A program made the translations under genes and the position numbers. The notes below the pieces were generated by a model. It searched no databases and had not been told where the DNA came from. It worked only from the letters and a program-made list of their open reading frames with translations. This document shows, piece after piece, positions 43,137-53,081 of a stretch of 64,000 bases of DNA; the first letter of the stretch is position 1, and every line of letters begins with the position of its first letter. This DNA comes from a virus (taxonomy: Duplodnaviria; Caudoviricetes), in IMG/VR virus record IMGVR_UViG_3300017933_000003, positions 15,653-79,652 of that record. One strand, written 5' to 3'.

Positions 43137-44102
43137 GTGAAAGTCCTTGTATATGGTTTTTATCACCAAGGAAATTTGGGGGATGATTTTTTTATTGAAG
43201 TTTTTAAGTTTTTGTTTCCTAATTACGAATTAATTTTCACAGAAATTATTGATTCAGACAAATTAAAAGATGTAGATGCCGTTTTCTTTGGGGGCGGCTC
43301 TTTTCTTTTGGATCGTCCGAACATAACTTCAGATGCATTAAAGGCGCTCAAATACAAAAAGATATTATATATTGGTGTAGGGGTTGAAGCTGAAATCCAT
43401 CCTATTCATGTGGAATTAATGTCACGTGCATTATTGATTGCTACACGTTCTATAGATAAAGTAGAATGTCTAAAACTCATTAATCCAAATATCAAATATA
43501 TTCCAGATTTAGTGTATTCTTTACAGAATAAAGTAATACTATCTCAGAAAACTAATCATTCAGTTCTAATTATGCCTAATATGGTGGTTGTTCCGCAACG
43601 ATCTAATCCGCATTGGCAACATGCGGCATGGGCTTACTTCAAATCAGAATTTACTCAATTTTTAGATTGGTTGGTTGAGAACAATTATCACCCACACCTC
43701 TTTCCGATGTGTCGTGCAGCCGAGATAGACGATGAGTGGGCAGCTTCTGAACTCATCGGTCACATGGAACACCGTCACCAAGCACACTCTAACCCCATTC
43801 TTCCTGTTGGGTTTGCAGCTGCTACAGCTTTGGTTTCTCGCTATAAAATTGTGGTGACCCAACGTTTTCATGGTATAGTTCTATCTGAAATGACCCGCAC
43901 ACCTTACTTAGCCATTCATCATCACGATAAGTTAAAACTATGTCAGCCTAATGAAGGAAAATTTTTATCTTATTATAATAGCTCCAAACATAGTCTTATC
44001 GATGCTTTTAATCAAGCACTTGTGATGAATTATAGAGACATTCTGCCAATAAAAACCTCTATCTTTAAAGAGTTAGTTGACGAGGTAACAAATCTTTTAT
44101 GA
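43137..44102 (+). CDS. polysaccharide pyruvyltransferase family protein
   Basis: YGFY..GNLGDD, FGGGS, TRS, PDLV, TQRFHG. Confidence 0.85.
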   Translation: MKVLVYGFYHQGNLGDDFFIEVFKFLFPNYELIFTEIIDSDKLKDVDAVFFGGGSFLLDRPNITSDALKALKYKKILYIGVGVEAEIHPIHVELMSRALLIATRSIDKVECLKLINPNIKYIPDLVYSLQNKVILSQKTNHSVLIMPNMVVVPQRSNPHWQHAAWAYFKSEFTQFLDWLVENNYHPHLFPMCRAAEIDDEWAASELIGHMEHRHQAHSNPILPVGFAAATALVSRYKIVVTQRFHGIVLSEMTRTPYLAIHHHDKLKLCQPNEGKFLSYYNSSKHSLIDAFNQALVMNYRDILPIKTSIFKELVDEVTNLL

Positions 44103-44118
44103 TATGGGTTGGTAGAGC

Positions 44119-45399
44119 ATGGCACGCTTTGTCGGAGTCAAAAATAATCGTATTTGCATAGTATCAGATAAACCGTTCAGCAATGATGGTTTGCAGGTGT
44201 TAGAAATACCACCCGAGTTATCTGACGTGAATGCTGCTGACCTAATCATTAGATGTAAAGTGAAAGATGGTATAATCAAGTGTAAAACTTTCAAGAAGGC
44301 TGCCAAACAAATGAAGGTTGCTTTAGTGGGTAATTGGAAGATGCGCTGTGGAATCGCTACTTACTCCGAAAACTTATGGAGCGAAGTCGTTAAACATGTA
44401 GGCGGTTTCAAACTTTTTATCGAGAAAAATGATCTGCCAACCGGCGATGTTCATCAAATTGGCACACAATTGATACCAGATAGTCAAGTTTCCGCGTGCT
44501 GGAAACGCGGTGAGTCACTCAAGCAACTCATTGCTGAATTAAAAGAATATGATCCCGATATCATTTGGATCCAACATGAATTTGGGCTGTGGCCTAATGC
44601 CGCATATTGGTTGTCAATGATGTCTCAGCTGTCTGACTATCGTGTTATTGTTACTATGCACTCAGTTTTTCATCATCGAGATAAGACTATTGTTGAAGCG
44701 GCTATGCCAGAAATTGTAACTCATTTGGAAGGTGGTAAGAGACTTTTACAAGAAGAGAAGGGTATTACTTCTAAAGTGCACGTTATCCCTCATGGTTGCC
44801 AGCCATTTAATAACGAGAGGTTATGGAATTTCTATAAGTCTGATAAAACTTTCCTGCAATTTGGTTTCGGTTTTCGTTACAAAGGTTGGGAGAATGCGGT
44901 TATGGCTACCGCTATCCTGGCTAAAAAATATCCCGAGGTTTTTTTCACGGGACTATTTTCCGATTCTCCTTATGCTAAAACGGAACATCAGATTTACTTT
45001 AGCGAGTTGATGCAGTTGGCAGATCGGCTCGATATACGGAATAATATCGCTATTTTACGTGGTTATCAATCAGATGCCTCTTTAGATAGTTTCTTGCGTA
45101 CTAATCAAGCTACCATCTTTCCGTACGTCTCTTCTCCCGAACATGAGGTTTTTGGTGCTTCTGGTGCCGCACGCATGGCAATGTCCAAAGGATTACCAGT
45201 AGTTACTTCTTCAGTCAATCACTTTTCTGATTTGCCCACCTTACAAGCCGATACGCCTGAACAATTAGCTAATGCACTGGAATATATCTTTACTGTACCA
45301 GGTGCTAAAGAAGCACAGGTAAAAAAGCAAATTGCCTATCTTGATGATAACACTTGGGAAAAGTGCGCTTTGCGCTATATTAAGATCTTCGAGGAATGA
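44119..45399 (+). CDS. glycosyltransferase family 4 (GT-B)
   Basis: CGIATYS, IQHEFG, VTMHSV, IPHG, FGFGFRYKG, ASGAARMAMSKGLPVV. Confidence 0.9.
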   Translation: MARFVGVKNNRICIVSDKPFSNDGLQVLEIPPELSDVNAADLIIRCKVKDGIIKCKTFKKAAKQMKVALVGNWKMRCGIATYSENLWSEVVKHVGGFKLFIEKNDLPTGDVHQIGTQLIPDSQVSACWKRGESLKQLIAELKEYDPDIIWIQHEFGLWPNAAYWLSMMSQLSDYRVIVTMHSVFHHRDKTIVEAAMPEIVTHLEGGKRLLQEEKGITSKVHVIPHGCQPFNNERLWNFYKSDKTFLQFGFGFRYKGWENAVMATAILAKKYPEVFFTGLFSDSPYAKTEHQIYFSELMQLADRLDIRNNIAILRGYQSDASLDSFLRTNQATIFPYVSSPEHEVFGASGAARMAMSKGLPVVTSSVNHFSDLPTLQADTPEQLANALEYIFTVPGAKEAQVKKQIAYLDDNTWEKCALRYIKIFEE

Positions 45400-45477
45400 A
45401 ATTAACGATAAAAAACGATATGACCTATGAAATTAATGATATATAGAGGTTAGGACCCAAATTAACCTCGGTAAAAC

Positions 45478-46116
45478 ATGTTCTGTATCATTTATAAAAT
45501 TGTTAACCTTCGGAACAAGAAACTCTATATAGGGCAGACTTGGTCATCCTTATCTCATCGATGGGGACAGCATATCTCGTCTAAAAGATGCCTCAAATTA
45601 GCTAACGCTATCGACAAATATGGCGTTTCTAATTTTAGCATAGAACTTATCACCATAGCTCATACACAAGAGATGGCTGATTGGCTTGAAGATTATTTTA
45701 TCAATAAATTTGATACTATTAAATTAGGGTACAATATTCGAGGTGGTGGCAGTCGTGGAAAACTTTCACAAGCAACCCGACAGAAAATATCTATTGCTAA
45801 TACTGGTAAAAAATTTACAGAAGCAACAAAGATGAAATGTTCTTTAGCTCGTAAAGGCAAGTTAGGTCCAAATAAAGGAAAGATGATACCATTAAGTCCT
45901 GGTGCGGGCACACCCAAAGGAACAAAACCGTGGAATACGGGCACTAAAGGTGTTGTAGTTGCTTGGAACAAAGGTAGAAATAGTAATGATCGTTTGTTTA
46001 CTGAAGAACAGGAACTTGTGATAGCGAAGGATGAAAGATCATCCAGAGTTTTAGCTAAGGAATATGGCGTATCTCGCTCTCACATTCTAAATATAAGGAA
46101 GCGCCATAAGGAGTAA
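45478..46116 (+). CDS. GIY-YIG homing endonuclease with NUMOD-type repeats
   Basis: IIYKIVN...LYIGQT...RW..H, GYN. Confidence 0.9.
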   Translation: MFCIIYKIVNLRNKKLYIGQTWSSLSHRWGQHISSKRCLKLANAIDKYGVSNFSIELITIAHTQEMADWLEDYFINKFDTIKLGYNIRGGGSRGKLSQATRQKISIANTGKKFTEATKMKCSLARKGKLGPNKGKMIPLSPGAGTPKGTKPWNTGTKGVVVAWNKGRNSNDRLFTEEQELVIAKDERSSRVLAKEYGVSRSHILNIRKRHKE

Positions 46117-46118
46117 TA

Positions 46119-47096
46119 ATGAGTAATTACGAATTAAATGTGATAAGCCACCATCAAGATTTTAATGGCAAATCACTTAGAAAATATTATGTGAATGGTA
46201 TTGACACGGTGGGAGCTTACGGTAATGAGCCGTTTTCTATCGTATTTAAAAACAATACTTGGCAGAAGGTACAAGTAGTTATTAGTGTTGATGGGACTGA
46301 TGTTTTTACTGGTAAACGTGCCAGCACCGAACCAAATAATAAAATGTGGGTAGTTAATCCATGTTCTAAATTGGAACTTTCTGCCTGGTGTGAAAATGAT
46401 TTTGGTGGCGCTTCTTTCGTATTTACCAGCGCTGATAATAGTGTTGCCATCCATACTCATGGCGATCTCTCCAGTCGTGGTATCATCGCTGCTGCCGTTT
46501 TCGTGGAAGGACATGTTGAGCCACAGAGATTAGATCGGCACTATCATTATCACTACGATTATACTTGGCCCAATTTCTGGATCAACTATCCATATACTAC
46601 TATCGGCACTCTCAGCTCTCAGTATACTGGCTCTATTACCTCCCCAACCTGGACTATCTATAATAATACCAATACTACTGGCGTTGTCAGTCAAAATAAT
46701 GCTATCAATTTAGGTAATATCGGTCACAACTCTGCTACTTTTGATTCTTGCGAAGTCGGTGAGGCAATGCCCGCTGCTTCTGAGATGAGTGGAACCAGAG
46801 CTAGACAATCACTAGAAAGTTTAGTAGCCGTAGGCGCTGGACAACATGTGGATCAAAAAATCTCTTATGTTCAGGGTTTGATTAAACCAGTCTTTACTGA
46901 GACGGTTAGAGTTAAATATGTTTGGTGGGATACATTAGTGGAAATGTTAAGACAAAATAATGTGCCGACTGCTCATCCATCGGGTTTCCCAGCAGATGGT
47001 GATAAACATCATCATATCAACTTGTGTAGTACTCCCAGATTGCCAAAGCATGGAAGTTTTACTCGTTCGGTGCAGCCCGTTTATCAAAGAGTATAA
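46119..47096 (+). CDS. hypothetical protein
   Basis: conserved-looking FSIVFKN...VVISVDGTDV..G domain; GGAG SD. Confidence 0.75.
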   Translation: MSNYELNVISHHQDFNGKSLRKYYVNGIDTVGAYGNEPFSIVFKNNTWQKVQVVISVDGTDVFTGKRASTEPNNKMWVVNPCSKLELSAWCENDFGGASFVFTSADNSVAIHTHGDLSSRGIIAAAVFVEGHVEPQRLDRHYHYHYDYTWPNFWINYPYTTIGTLSSQYTGSITSPTWTIYNNTNTTGVVSQNNAINLGNIGHNSATFDSCEVGEAMPAASEMSGTRARQSLESLVAVGAGQHVDQKISYVQGLIKPVFTETVRVKYVWWDTLVEMLRQNNVPTAHPSGFPADGDKHHHINLCSTPRLPKHGSFTRSVQPVYQRV

Positions 47097-47121
47097 ATTC
47101 ACTTATTCCTAATCATTTACG

Positions 47122-47152
47122 AAGGCAGCGTCGTTCGGGCGCTGCCTTTTTA
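47122..47152 (+). terminator. Rho-independent terminator
   Basis: GGCAGCG..CGCTGCC stem followed by T run. Confidence 0.8.
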
Positions 47153-47167
47153 TTATTACCGTCTCCC

Positions 47168-47195
47168 TTGACAGGTGAGTTGTAGAAATTAACTT
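47168..47195 (+). promoter_or_regulatory. sigma70-like promoter
   Basis: TTGACA-16 nt-TAACTT upstream of NAD locus. Confidence 0.55.
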
Positions 47196-47425
47196 GAAGC
47201 TGTAGGAGAAATACCGTGCTTGTTTGGATCGTAATACTGGTCTTCAACTTATATTTCGCTTTTATTCTGGCAGGAAGCTGGGAAGCAATCGTTAGTTTGA
47301 TGTTTGTTGCCCTGGCGACGTATTACATCATCCAAAATGTTCGACGAAAATAGCGTGGGCATAACGATATATATTCTTTGAACCCAGAGAGGGTTCACGA
47401 AAACTGAATTCACGGAGAGTGAAAA

Positions 47426-48466
47426 ATGGAAAGTACATTTCAATACGAATTTTCGATCTTTATCGGTCGCTTCCAGCCATTCCACCTAGCTCATTACGAG
47501 TTAGTTAAAGAGGCGCTGAAGTTAGCCAGGACAGCCATCGTGGTGATTGGTAGCTACAAGAGAGCGCCATCACCCAAACATCCCTTCTCGGGTGAGGAAC
47601 GCGAAGCTATGATGCGCGCTGCCCTGACATCAGAAGAGAATGGGCGTGTCAAAGTTATCTTTATGCACGACTATCTATACAACGACAATATGTGGTTGGC
47701 AGATGCTGCGCAGAAGGTGTTGGAACTAACCGACGACTCTGAGAGTATTGTGCTGGTGGGTCATGATCATGACGACACCTCCTACTATTTAGAGCAGTTT
47801 CCACAGTGGCAGAAGCATTTGGTCCCCAACTTGGATCACTTTCCACATGCCACAGAAATTCGATATCTGTATTTTACGCATGACGTTCAATACAAGAAGC
47901 TACTTCATTCTAAAACCATGGAGTACTTGGAAGCCTTCAAAAGAACAGATAAATTCAAAGGACTCAAAGCTTATTTCGATGCGGTGCGAGCCAGCAAGGC
48001 GGAATGGTCAGGGGCACCTTATCCTCCCATTTTTCACACTGTAGACGCTGTGGTTATCAAGTCGGGACATATTTTATGTGTTCGTCGCGGCAAGGCTTAC
48101 GGTGGCGGGCAAATCGCTCTGCCCGGAGGCTTCCTTAATGAGAGAGAGTACATCAAAGTGGGAGCACTGCGAGAGTTGAAGGAAGAAACTGCTATCGCTC
48201 TAGATAAGAAGGTTTTGTCTGCCGCTGTCAAAGCAGAGCATGTCTTCGACCATCCCGACCGTTCGGAGCGTGGTCGCACCATTACTACCGCCTACTTCAT
48301 CGACTTGGGGAATGGTCCACTGCCTAAGGTGAAGGGTAGTGATGATGCTGATAAGGCTTGGTGGATGCCTTTGAGCGAATTCTTTACTCGTGAGGAAGAG
48401 TTCTTCGAGGATCACTATCATATCATCAACTATTTTGTTGGCTCACCTATGATGAGGGCGGCATGA
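47426..48466 (+). CDS. nadM: bifunctional NMN adenylyltransferase / ADP-ribose pyrophosphatase (NadM-Nudix)
   Basis: IGRFQPFHLAH; Nudix box ALPGGF...GALRELKEET; HPDRSERGRTIT; GSDDA. Confidence 0.93.
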   Translation: MESTFQYEFSIFIGRFQPFHLAHYELVKEALKLARTAIVVIGSYKRAPSPKHPFSGEEREAMMRAALTSEENGRVKVIFMHDYLYNDNMWLADAAQKVLELTDDSESIVLVGHDHDDTSYYLEQFPQWQKHLVPNLDHFPHATEIRYLYFTHDVQYKKLLHSKTMEYLEAFKRTDKFKGLKAYFDAVRASKAEWSGAPYPPIFHTVDAVVIKSGHILCVRRGKAYGGGQIALPGGFLNEREYIKVGALRELKEETAIALDKKVLSAAVKAEHVFDHPDRSERGRTITTAYFIDLGNGPLPKVKGSDDADKAWWMPLSEFFTREEEFFEDHYHIINYFVGSPMMRAA

Positions 48467-48735
48467 GTAATAGAATTTGCTCTAACTGCGGCGCCCCGTG
48501 CGGAATAGACAGTCGTATGGGATCAGTCGATCATTATCTGGTTTGTGAATGTGCCAGCGCTAAAAACACCCATTGGGTTGATGATGGACGTGGCGGATAT
48601 CATGTTCATCTTAATGATGCCAGCCCGGTTACTTGGGAAGAGTATTCTAAAAGACATCAAACCTCGAATCAAACTACTGTTAAAGTAGTGGTTCAAAACT
48701 CTACTGGACAAGATTGGAGTAGGGAAGACGACTAA
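48463..48735 (+). CDS. hypothetical zinc-finger protein
   Basis: CSNCG...CEC. Confidence 0.65.
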   Translation: MSNRICSNCGAPCGIDSRMGSVDHYLVCECASAKNTHWVDDGRGGYHVHLNDASPVTWEEYSKRHQTSNQTTVKVVVQNSTGQDWSREDD

Positions 48736-48782
48736 CAAAACTTCCCAGAGAGGGAAGTTTGATACAATACGGAGAGTATATC

Positions 48783-50180
48783 ATGGACACCGAAAACATT
48801 ATCATCGATACAGACAGTTATAAAGCCAGCCACTATCTACAGTATCCACCCGGTACTAGCTCGATGTTCAGTTACATCGAGTCCCGCGGCGGTGATTATG
48901 ATAAAACCGTCTTCTTTGGTTTGCAGTATTACCTCAAGAAGTACTTAACTCATCGTGTGACGATGGCAGAGGTAGAGGAAGCCAAGGAATTCTTCGAAGC
49001 TCATGGAGAACCTTTTAATTATGAAGGTTGGATGTATGTTGCCAAGAAGTTGAAAGGCAAGCTTCCGGTGCGTATTCGTGCTGTGCCCGAGGGAAGTGTT
49101 ATTCCAACACACAACATTCTTGTCAGCATCGAATCTACTGATCCCAAAGCTTTTTGGGTAGTATCTTGGTTGGAAACTTCTCTGCTTCGTTCGGTGTGGT
49201 ATCCGACTACCGTGGCTACCAGAAGCCACGAGATCCGACAAATTATTCTTGAAGCTTTGAGAGTCTCATCGGATGATCCACAAGCAGAAATCAATTTCAA
49301 AGTTCAGGATTTTGGTTCTCGTGGAGTAAGTAGTCAGGAAAGCGCGATGATTGGAGGAGCGGCACACCTCGTCAATTTTATGGGCAGTGACACTATTGTC
49401 GGCGTCAGATGCGCTAACAAATATTATCATAGCAAGATGGCAGGATTTAGTATTCCCGCAGCGGAGCATAGTTCGATTACAGGGTGGGGTCAGGATCATG
49501 AAGTAGATGCATACCGCAATATGCTCAAGCAGTTTGCTAAGCCTGGTGCGTTGGTGGCTGTGGTTTCTGATAGTTATGACTTGTGGAATGCCATCACTAA
49601 TTTATGGGGAACTGAATTGAAAGATGAAGTGATTAAATCTGGCGCTACGGTAATTATTCGTCCCGATTCTGGGAACCCGCCCGTGGTCGTTCTTAAATCT
49701 CTACAGTTGTTGGATGAGAAGTTTGGCAGCACCGTCAATAGCAAAGGCTACAAAGTTTTAAATAACGTTAGGGTTATTCAGGGCGATGGTATCAATGAGC
49801 ATTCAATTCAGGAAATTTTAAATGTGGCGTTGGATGCCGGCTATTCCGCAACCAATATCGCGTTTGGTATGGGAGGACAACTTTTGCAATGTCATAATAG
49901 GGACACGCTTAAATTTGCCATGAAATGTTCTTCTATTACAGTTAATGGTGAAGAGCGAGAGGTGTTTAAAGATCCTATCACCGATCACGGAAAAGTAAGC
50001 AAGGCGGGTAGATTGGATTTGATTGCCGACCAAATTGGTGAGGTTAGAACCGTGAAACTGTACAGTGGCGAGATCGCCAATCAATTTTCTGTCATGCGAA
50101 CCGTTTATCAAGATGGTGAGATTTTGGTCGATGACAACTTGGATGACATTCGTGCTCGTGCCAAAAGTGAGAGAATATGA
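48783..50180 (+). CDS. nadV: nicotinamide phosphoribosyltransferase
   Basis: DTDSYKASHYLQYP, DFGSRG, SIPAAEHS, VSDSYD, IRPDSG, IQGDG, RDTLKFAMK. Confidence 0.95.
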   Translation: MDTENIIIDTDSYKASHYLQYPPGTSSMFSYIESRGGDYDKTVFFGLQYYLKKYLTHRVTMAEVEEAKEFFEAHGEPFNYEGWMYVAKKLKGKLPVRIRAVPEGSVIPTHNILVSIESTDPKAFWVVSWLETSLLRSVWYPTTVATRSHEIRQIILEALRVSSDDPQAEINFKVQDFGSRGVSSQESAMIGGAAHLVNFMGSDTIVGVRCANKYYHSKMAGFSIPAAEHSSITGWGQDHEVDAYRNMLKQFAKPGALVAVVSDSYDLWNAITNLWGTELKDEVIKSGATVIIRPDSGNPPVVVLKSLQLLDEKFGSTVNSKGYKVLNNVRVIQGDGINEHSIQEILNVALDAGYSATNIAFGMGGQLLQCHNRDTLKFAMKCSSITVNGEEREVFKDPITDHGKVSKAGRLDLIADQIGEVRTVKLYSGEIANQFSVMRTVYQDGEILVDDNLDDIRARAKSERI

Positions 50181-50485
50181 AGGTACTTTCTAAGCCAGAC
50201 TATACGACTTGGAAGTACGAGTTTACTTGTTATATTTGTACTTCCAAGTTATCTGCGGATTACACCGATCTCAAATACAAAACCACCAAGCAGTGGTACA
50301 GCGGTAGAGATATAGATGATGGCTATGAAGCTGACGTAGATAATTACTACTTCATTTGCCCCGTCTGTGGTCATGAAAAATCTTTCAGGTTCCCCAACGA
50401 GAAGGGTCTGGAAATACCATACCTTCTACAAGAGAGGGTGAAGAAGGAATACAATGAAAATCCTAAAAAGAGTAGACACCAATAA
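50177..50485 (+). CDS. zinc-ribbon protein
   Basis: W.Y.FTCYIC...CPVC; paralog of next gene. Confidence 0.7.
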   Translation: MKVLSKPDYTTWKYEFTCYICTSKLSADYTDLKYKTTKQWYSGRDIDDGYEADVDNYYFICPVCGHEKSFRFPNEKGLEIPYLLQERVKKEYNENPKKSRHQ

Positions 50486-50765
50486 TTGGTCTTACAAATA
50501 TACGTGTACCCAATGTGAATCAGAGCTGGAAGTGGAAAAGGGTGATATCAAGTATCAGTTTCATTCTGGATATGGTCGTGAAACCGACTACGAAACTTGG
50601 ACAGCTACATGTCCAGTATGTCAAAATCATTTTCACATTCCGGACAAGAATTTTTCTTCAGCTCTCAAAGTAGAGATTAAGTCTGGCAAATTATCTTCTC
50701 CTGGCACTGTTTATCTTGATCAATTTGAAGATGAGCGAGGCAAACTGCCTCGCAATGGAAGGTAA
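50454..50765 (+). CDS. zinc-ribbon protein
   Basis: W.YKYTCTQC...CPVC. Confidence 0.7.
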   Translation: MKILKRVDTNNWSYKYTCTQCESELEVEKGDIKYQFHSGYGRETDYETWTATCPVCQNHFHIPDKNFSSALKVEIKSGKLSSPGTVYLDQFEDERGKLPRNGR

Positions 50766-50772
50766 GCTCATA

Positions 50773-51222
50773 ATGAGTTCCAAAATTAACCATATCTCTT
50801 CTTTCACTGGAGATTATCGTTTTCTGTCCAATTTCTATCCAGCTACGGTAGAATTAGATGGGATAGAATATCATAGCGTGGAACATGCATATCAGGCGGC
50901 TAAAACTTTGGACCAAGAGGAAAGAAAAGTTTTTCATATACATCCGCCACTTACTGCCGCTGAAGCGAAAAAATTAGGCAAAAAATTGACCATGCGTTCC
51001 GATTGGGAAGAGGTTAAATTGGAGATAATGGAGAAACTTTTGATACAAAAGTTTGCTCATGTTGATTTGAAGAAACAATTATCTCAAACTGGAGACGCCC
51101 TATTAGTAGAAGGAAATTATTGGGGAGACACCTATTGGGGAGTTGATAATAAAAAAGGCGGACAAAACCATTTAGGTAAATTGCTCATGAAAATTAGAAA
51201 TCAAAACATCCTCTCTGAGTAA
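50773..51222 (+). CDS. NADAR (YbiA-like) family protein
   Basis: FLSNFY, SVEHAYQAAK, DWEEVK..IM...KF, L..TGD..LVE...GDTYWG, N.LGK.LM. Confidence 0.92.
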   Translation: MSSKINHISSFTGDYRFLSNFYPATVELDGIEYHSVEHAYQAAKTLDQEERKVFHIHPPLTAAEAKKLGKKLTMRSDWEEVKLEIMEKLLIQKFAHVDLKKQLSQTGDALLVEGNYWGDTYWGVDNKKGGQNHLGKLLMKIRNQNILSE

Positions 51223-51224
51223 AT

Positions 51225-51875
51225 ATGTATTTCTTCAACTCACAAGTTCAGCAGCGAGGGAACTTCCCTAAAGATTTTTCTACGGAAATAATCAAAAATG
51301 AACCTATGTTCTTTAATTGCGATCTGTCATTTTGTTTGCAAAATGGCGGACCCATCACACATTCTTTCCTAGAGAATATGCCAGACGGTTGGAAAAAGTG
51401 TCATCCCGTGATAGATAGTAGGGTGCATATGCTGATGCCGGGTTGGTCTCCGGCTATTCCCGGCTTTCACCATGATGACGTGCCTCGCAACACCCCAACC
51501 GGGCAACCTAACTACGATAACCTAGATTATTATAGTGAACATTTGACTGGGGTAGTCAACGCGGAAATTTGTCCCACTCTCTTTGCTTTGGGCAAACACA
51601 CTCTTCCCAAGATAGACAGTGGTGTTATCTATCGAGAATGGCATCCTTGGGTCGCGCAACAACTGCAAGACAAAATCTTAACTCCTTATGAGATTAAATC
51701 AGGTGAGTATATCCAATTTGATTGGCAGAGCATTCATACAGCACAGAAGGCTGTCAAGAATGGTTGGCGCTGGTTTATTAGATTGTCTCGTAAAACTGAT
51801 CGCCAATTTACAGTAACTAATGAGATTAGGCGACAAGTTCAAGTCTATTTAGAAAATCCCACAGACGGATGGTAA
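51225..51875 (+). CDS. putative 2-oxoglutarate/Fe(II) dioxygenase-like phage protein
   Basis: HHDDVP (HxD), later IHTA and RWFIR. Confidence 0.55.
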   Translation: MYFFNSQVQQRGNFPKDFSTEIIKNEPMFFNCDLSFCLQNGGPITHSFLENMPDGWKKCHPVIDSRVHMLMPGWSPAIPGFHHDDVPRNTPTGQPNYDNLDYYSEHLTGVVNAEICPTLFALGKHTLPKIDSGVIYREWHPWVAQQLQDKILTPYEIKSGEYIQFDWQSIHTAQKAVKNGWRWFIRLSRKTDRQFTVTNEIRRQVQVYLENPTDGW

Positions 51876-51876
51876 A

Positions 51877-52791
51877 ATGAGTAATGTTTTATTAGGAACC
51901 TGTATTGGAGATGCTCTCGGTAAGTTTGCCGAGAGTAAATTATCTAATTATCAACCACTACTTGATTGGGATGGTAAAACATTCTTACCTTCTGAACATC
52001 ACGGTTTGGCGGCAAATGCCTACACAGACGACGGACAAATGTCGATTATGGTAGCAGAATCGCTCATCGAACACCAAGGCTTCAACCCTGAAGATCTATC
52101 ACAAAGATATGTGGATTGGATTGTATCAGGTCGTGCTCGTGGTTATGGTAGGACTACCTTACTTGCTATCCATAATCTATTGGAAGGTAAGCATTACTCT
52201 CAGTCTGGTGTTCCCGGCTCCTATGGTAACGGAACTGCCATGCGAGCTGCTCCTATTGGCGTTTATTTTCGTCATGATCTGGAAGAAGTAATTAAGGTCT
52301 GTAAGGTGGATAGTGCCATCACTCATGCTTCGGAAGAGGCGGAGGCTGGCTCTATTGCTATTGCTTTTACAGCAGCATTAGCCTCACAAAATGATACTGA
52401 AGACCTATTAGAAAGAGTGCATTCTATTCTACCCGACAGCAAAGTCAAGAGCATTATCTACACTTTGGGCTCTCTGGTCAACGCCCGTCATATTCCTGCC
52501 ACTTCGGCTTTACGGGTGTTGGGCACTAAAGCAGATGTCAGGCAAACGGTACCGGCTGCCATGTATTGTTTCCTTAAGTTCGATAACTATCATGATGCCA
52601 TCCTGGCTGCCATCAAGGCGGGTGGCGACACTGATACCACGGCTGCCATCGTGGGCGGTTTGTTTGGTGCTAAATTGGGTATGAAAGCCATCGATCGTTC
52701 TTTCTATAGTGTGGAAGACTTTGATCGATTAGTGGAATTAGACAGTCAGCTTTACAACCGTTCGGATGGTGATTTTATTCCTAGGAGCTAA
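51877..52791 (+). CDS. ADP-ribosylglycohydrolase (DraG/ARH family)
   Basis: IGDALG, YTDDGQM, GNGTAMRAAP, GGDTDTTAAIVG. Confidence 0.95.
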   Translation: MSNVLLGTCIGDALGKFAESKLSNYQPLLDWDGKTFLPSEHHGLAANAYTDDGQMSIMVAESLIEHQGFNPEDLSQRYVDWIVSGRARGYGRTTLLAIHNLLEGKHYSQSGVPGSYGNGTAMRAAPIGVYFRHDLEEVIKVCKVDSAITHASEEAEAGSIAIAFTAALASQNDTEDLLERVHSILPDSKVKSIIYTLGSLVNARHIPATSALRVLGTKADVRQTVPAAMYCFLKFDNYHDAILAAIKAGGDTDTTAAIVGGLFGAKLGMKAIDRSFYSVEDFDRLVELDSQLYNRSDGDFIPRS

Positions 52792-52793
52792 TC

Positions 52794-53081
52794 ATGAAGA
52801 AAAGAAGTTCTAAACCCAAAGAAACAGTCCTACAAATCAAATTCGCTAACGAAGCTGCGGCAGCACATTTTGCACTGTGGCTGTGCGAGGGAGGCGAGCA
52901 AGATTACTGGGATTGGATGGAATATCGTGAGCGAGAAGAAGAGGGCGATATTACCGCTATTGAATTTGATTATCATGGTGAAGAAGATAAAACTAAAGAC
53001 GAATCAGATCCGGAACGATATGGTGAGTTTATGTGCGATAATATAATTCGAACGACTTGTGGTCGTTTAGGTAGACGATAA
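52794..53081 (+). CDS. hypothetical protein
   Basis: ORF with AGGAG SD. Confidence 0.7.
   Translation: MKKRSSKPKETVLQIKFANEAAAAHFALWLCEGGEQDYWDWMEYREREEEGDITAIEFDYHGEEDKTKDESDPERYGEFMCDNIIRTTCGRLGRR

Noticed and set aside
48738-48760. Perfect hairpin AAACTTCCC/GGGAAGTTT upstream of nadV as a regulatory operator
   Set aside because: Single occurrence with no supporting regulator gene; could be a simple stability or processing hairpin.
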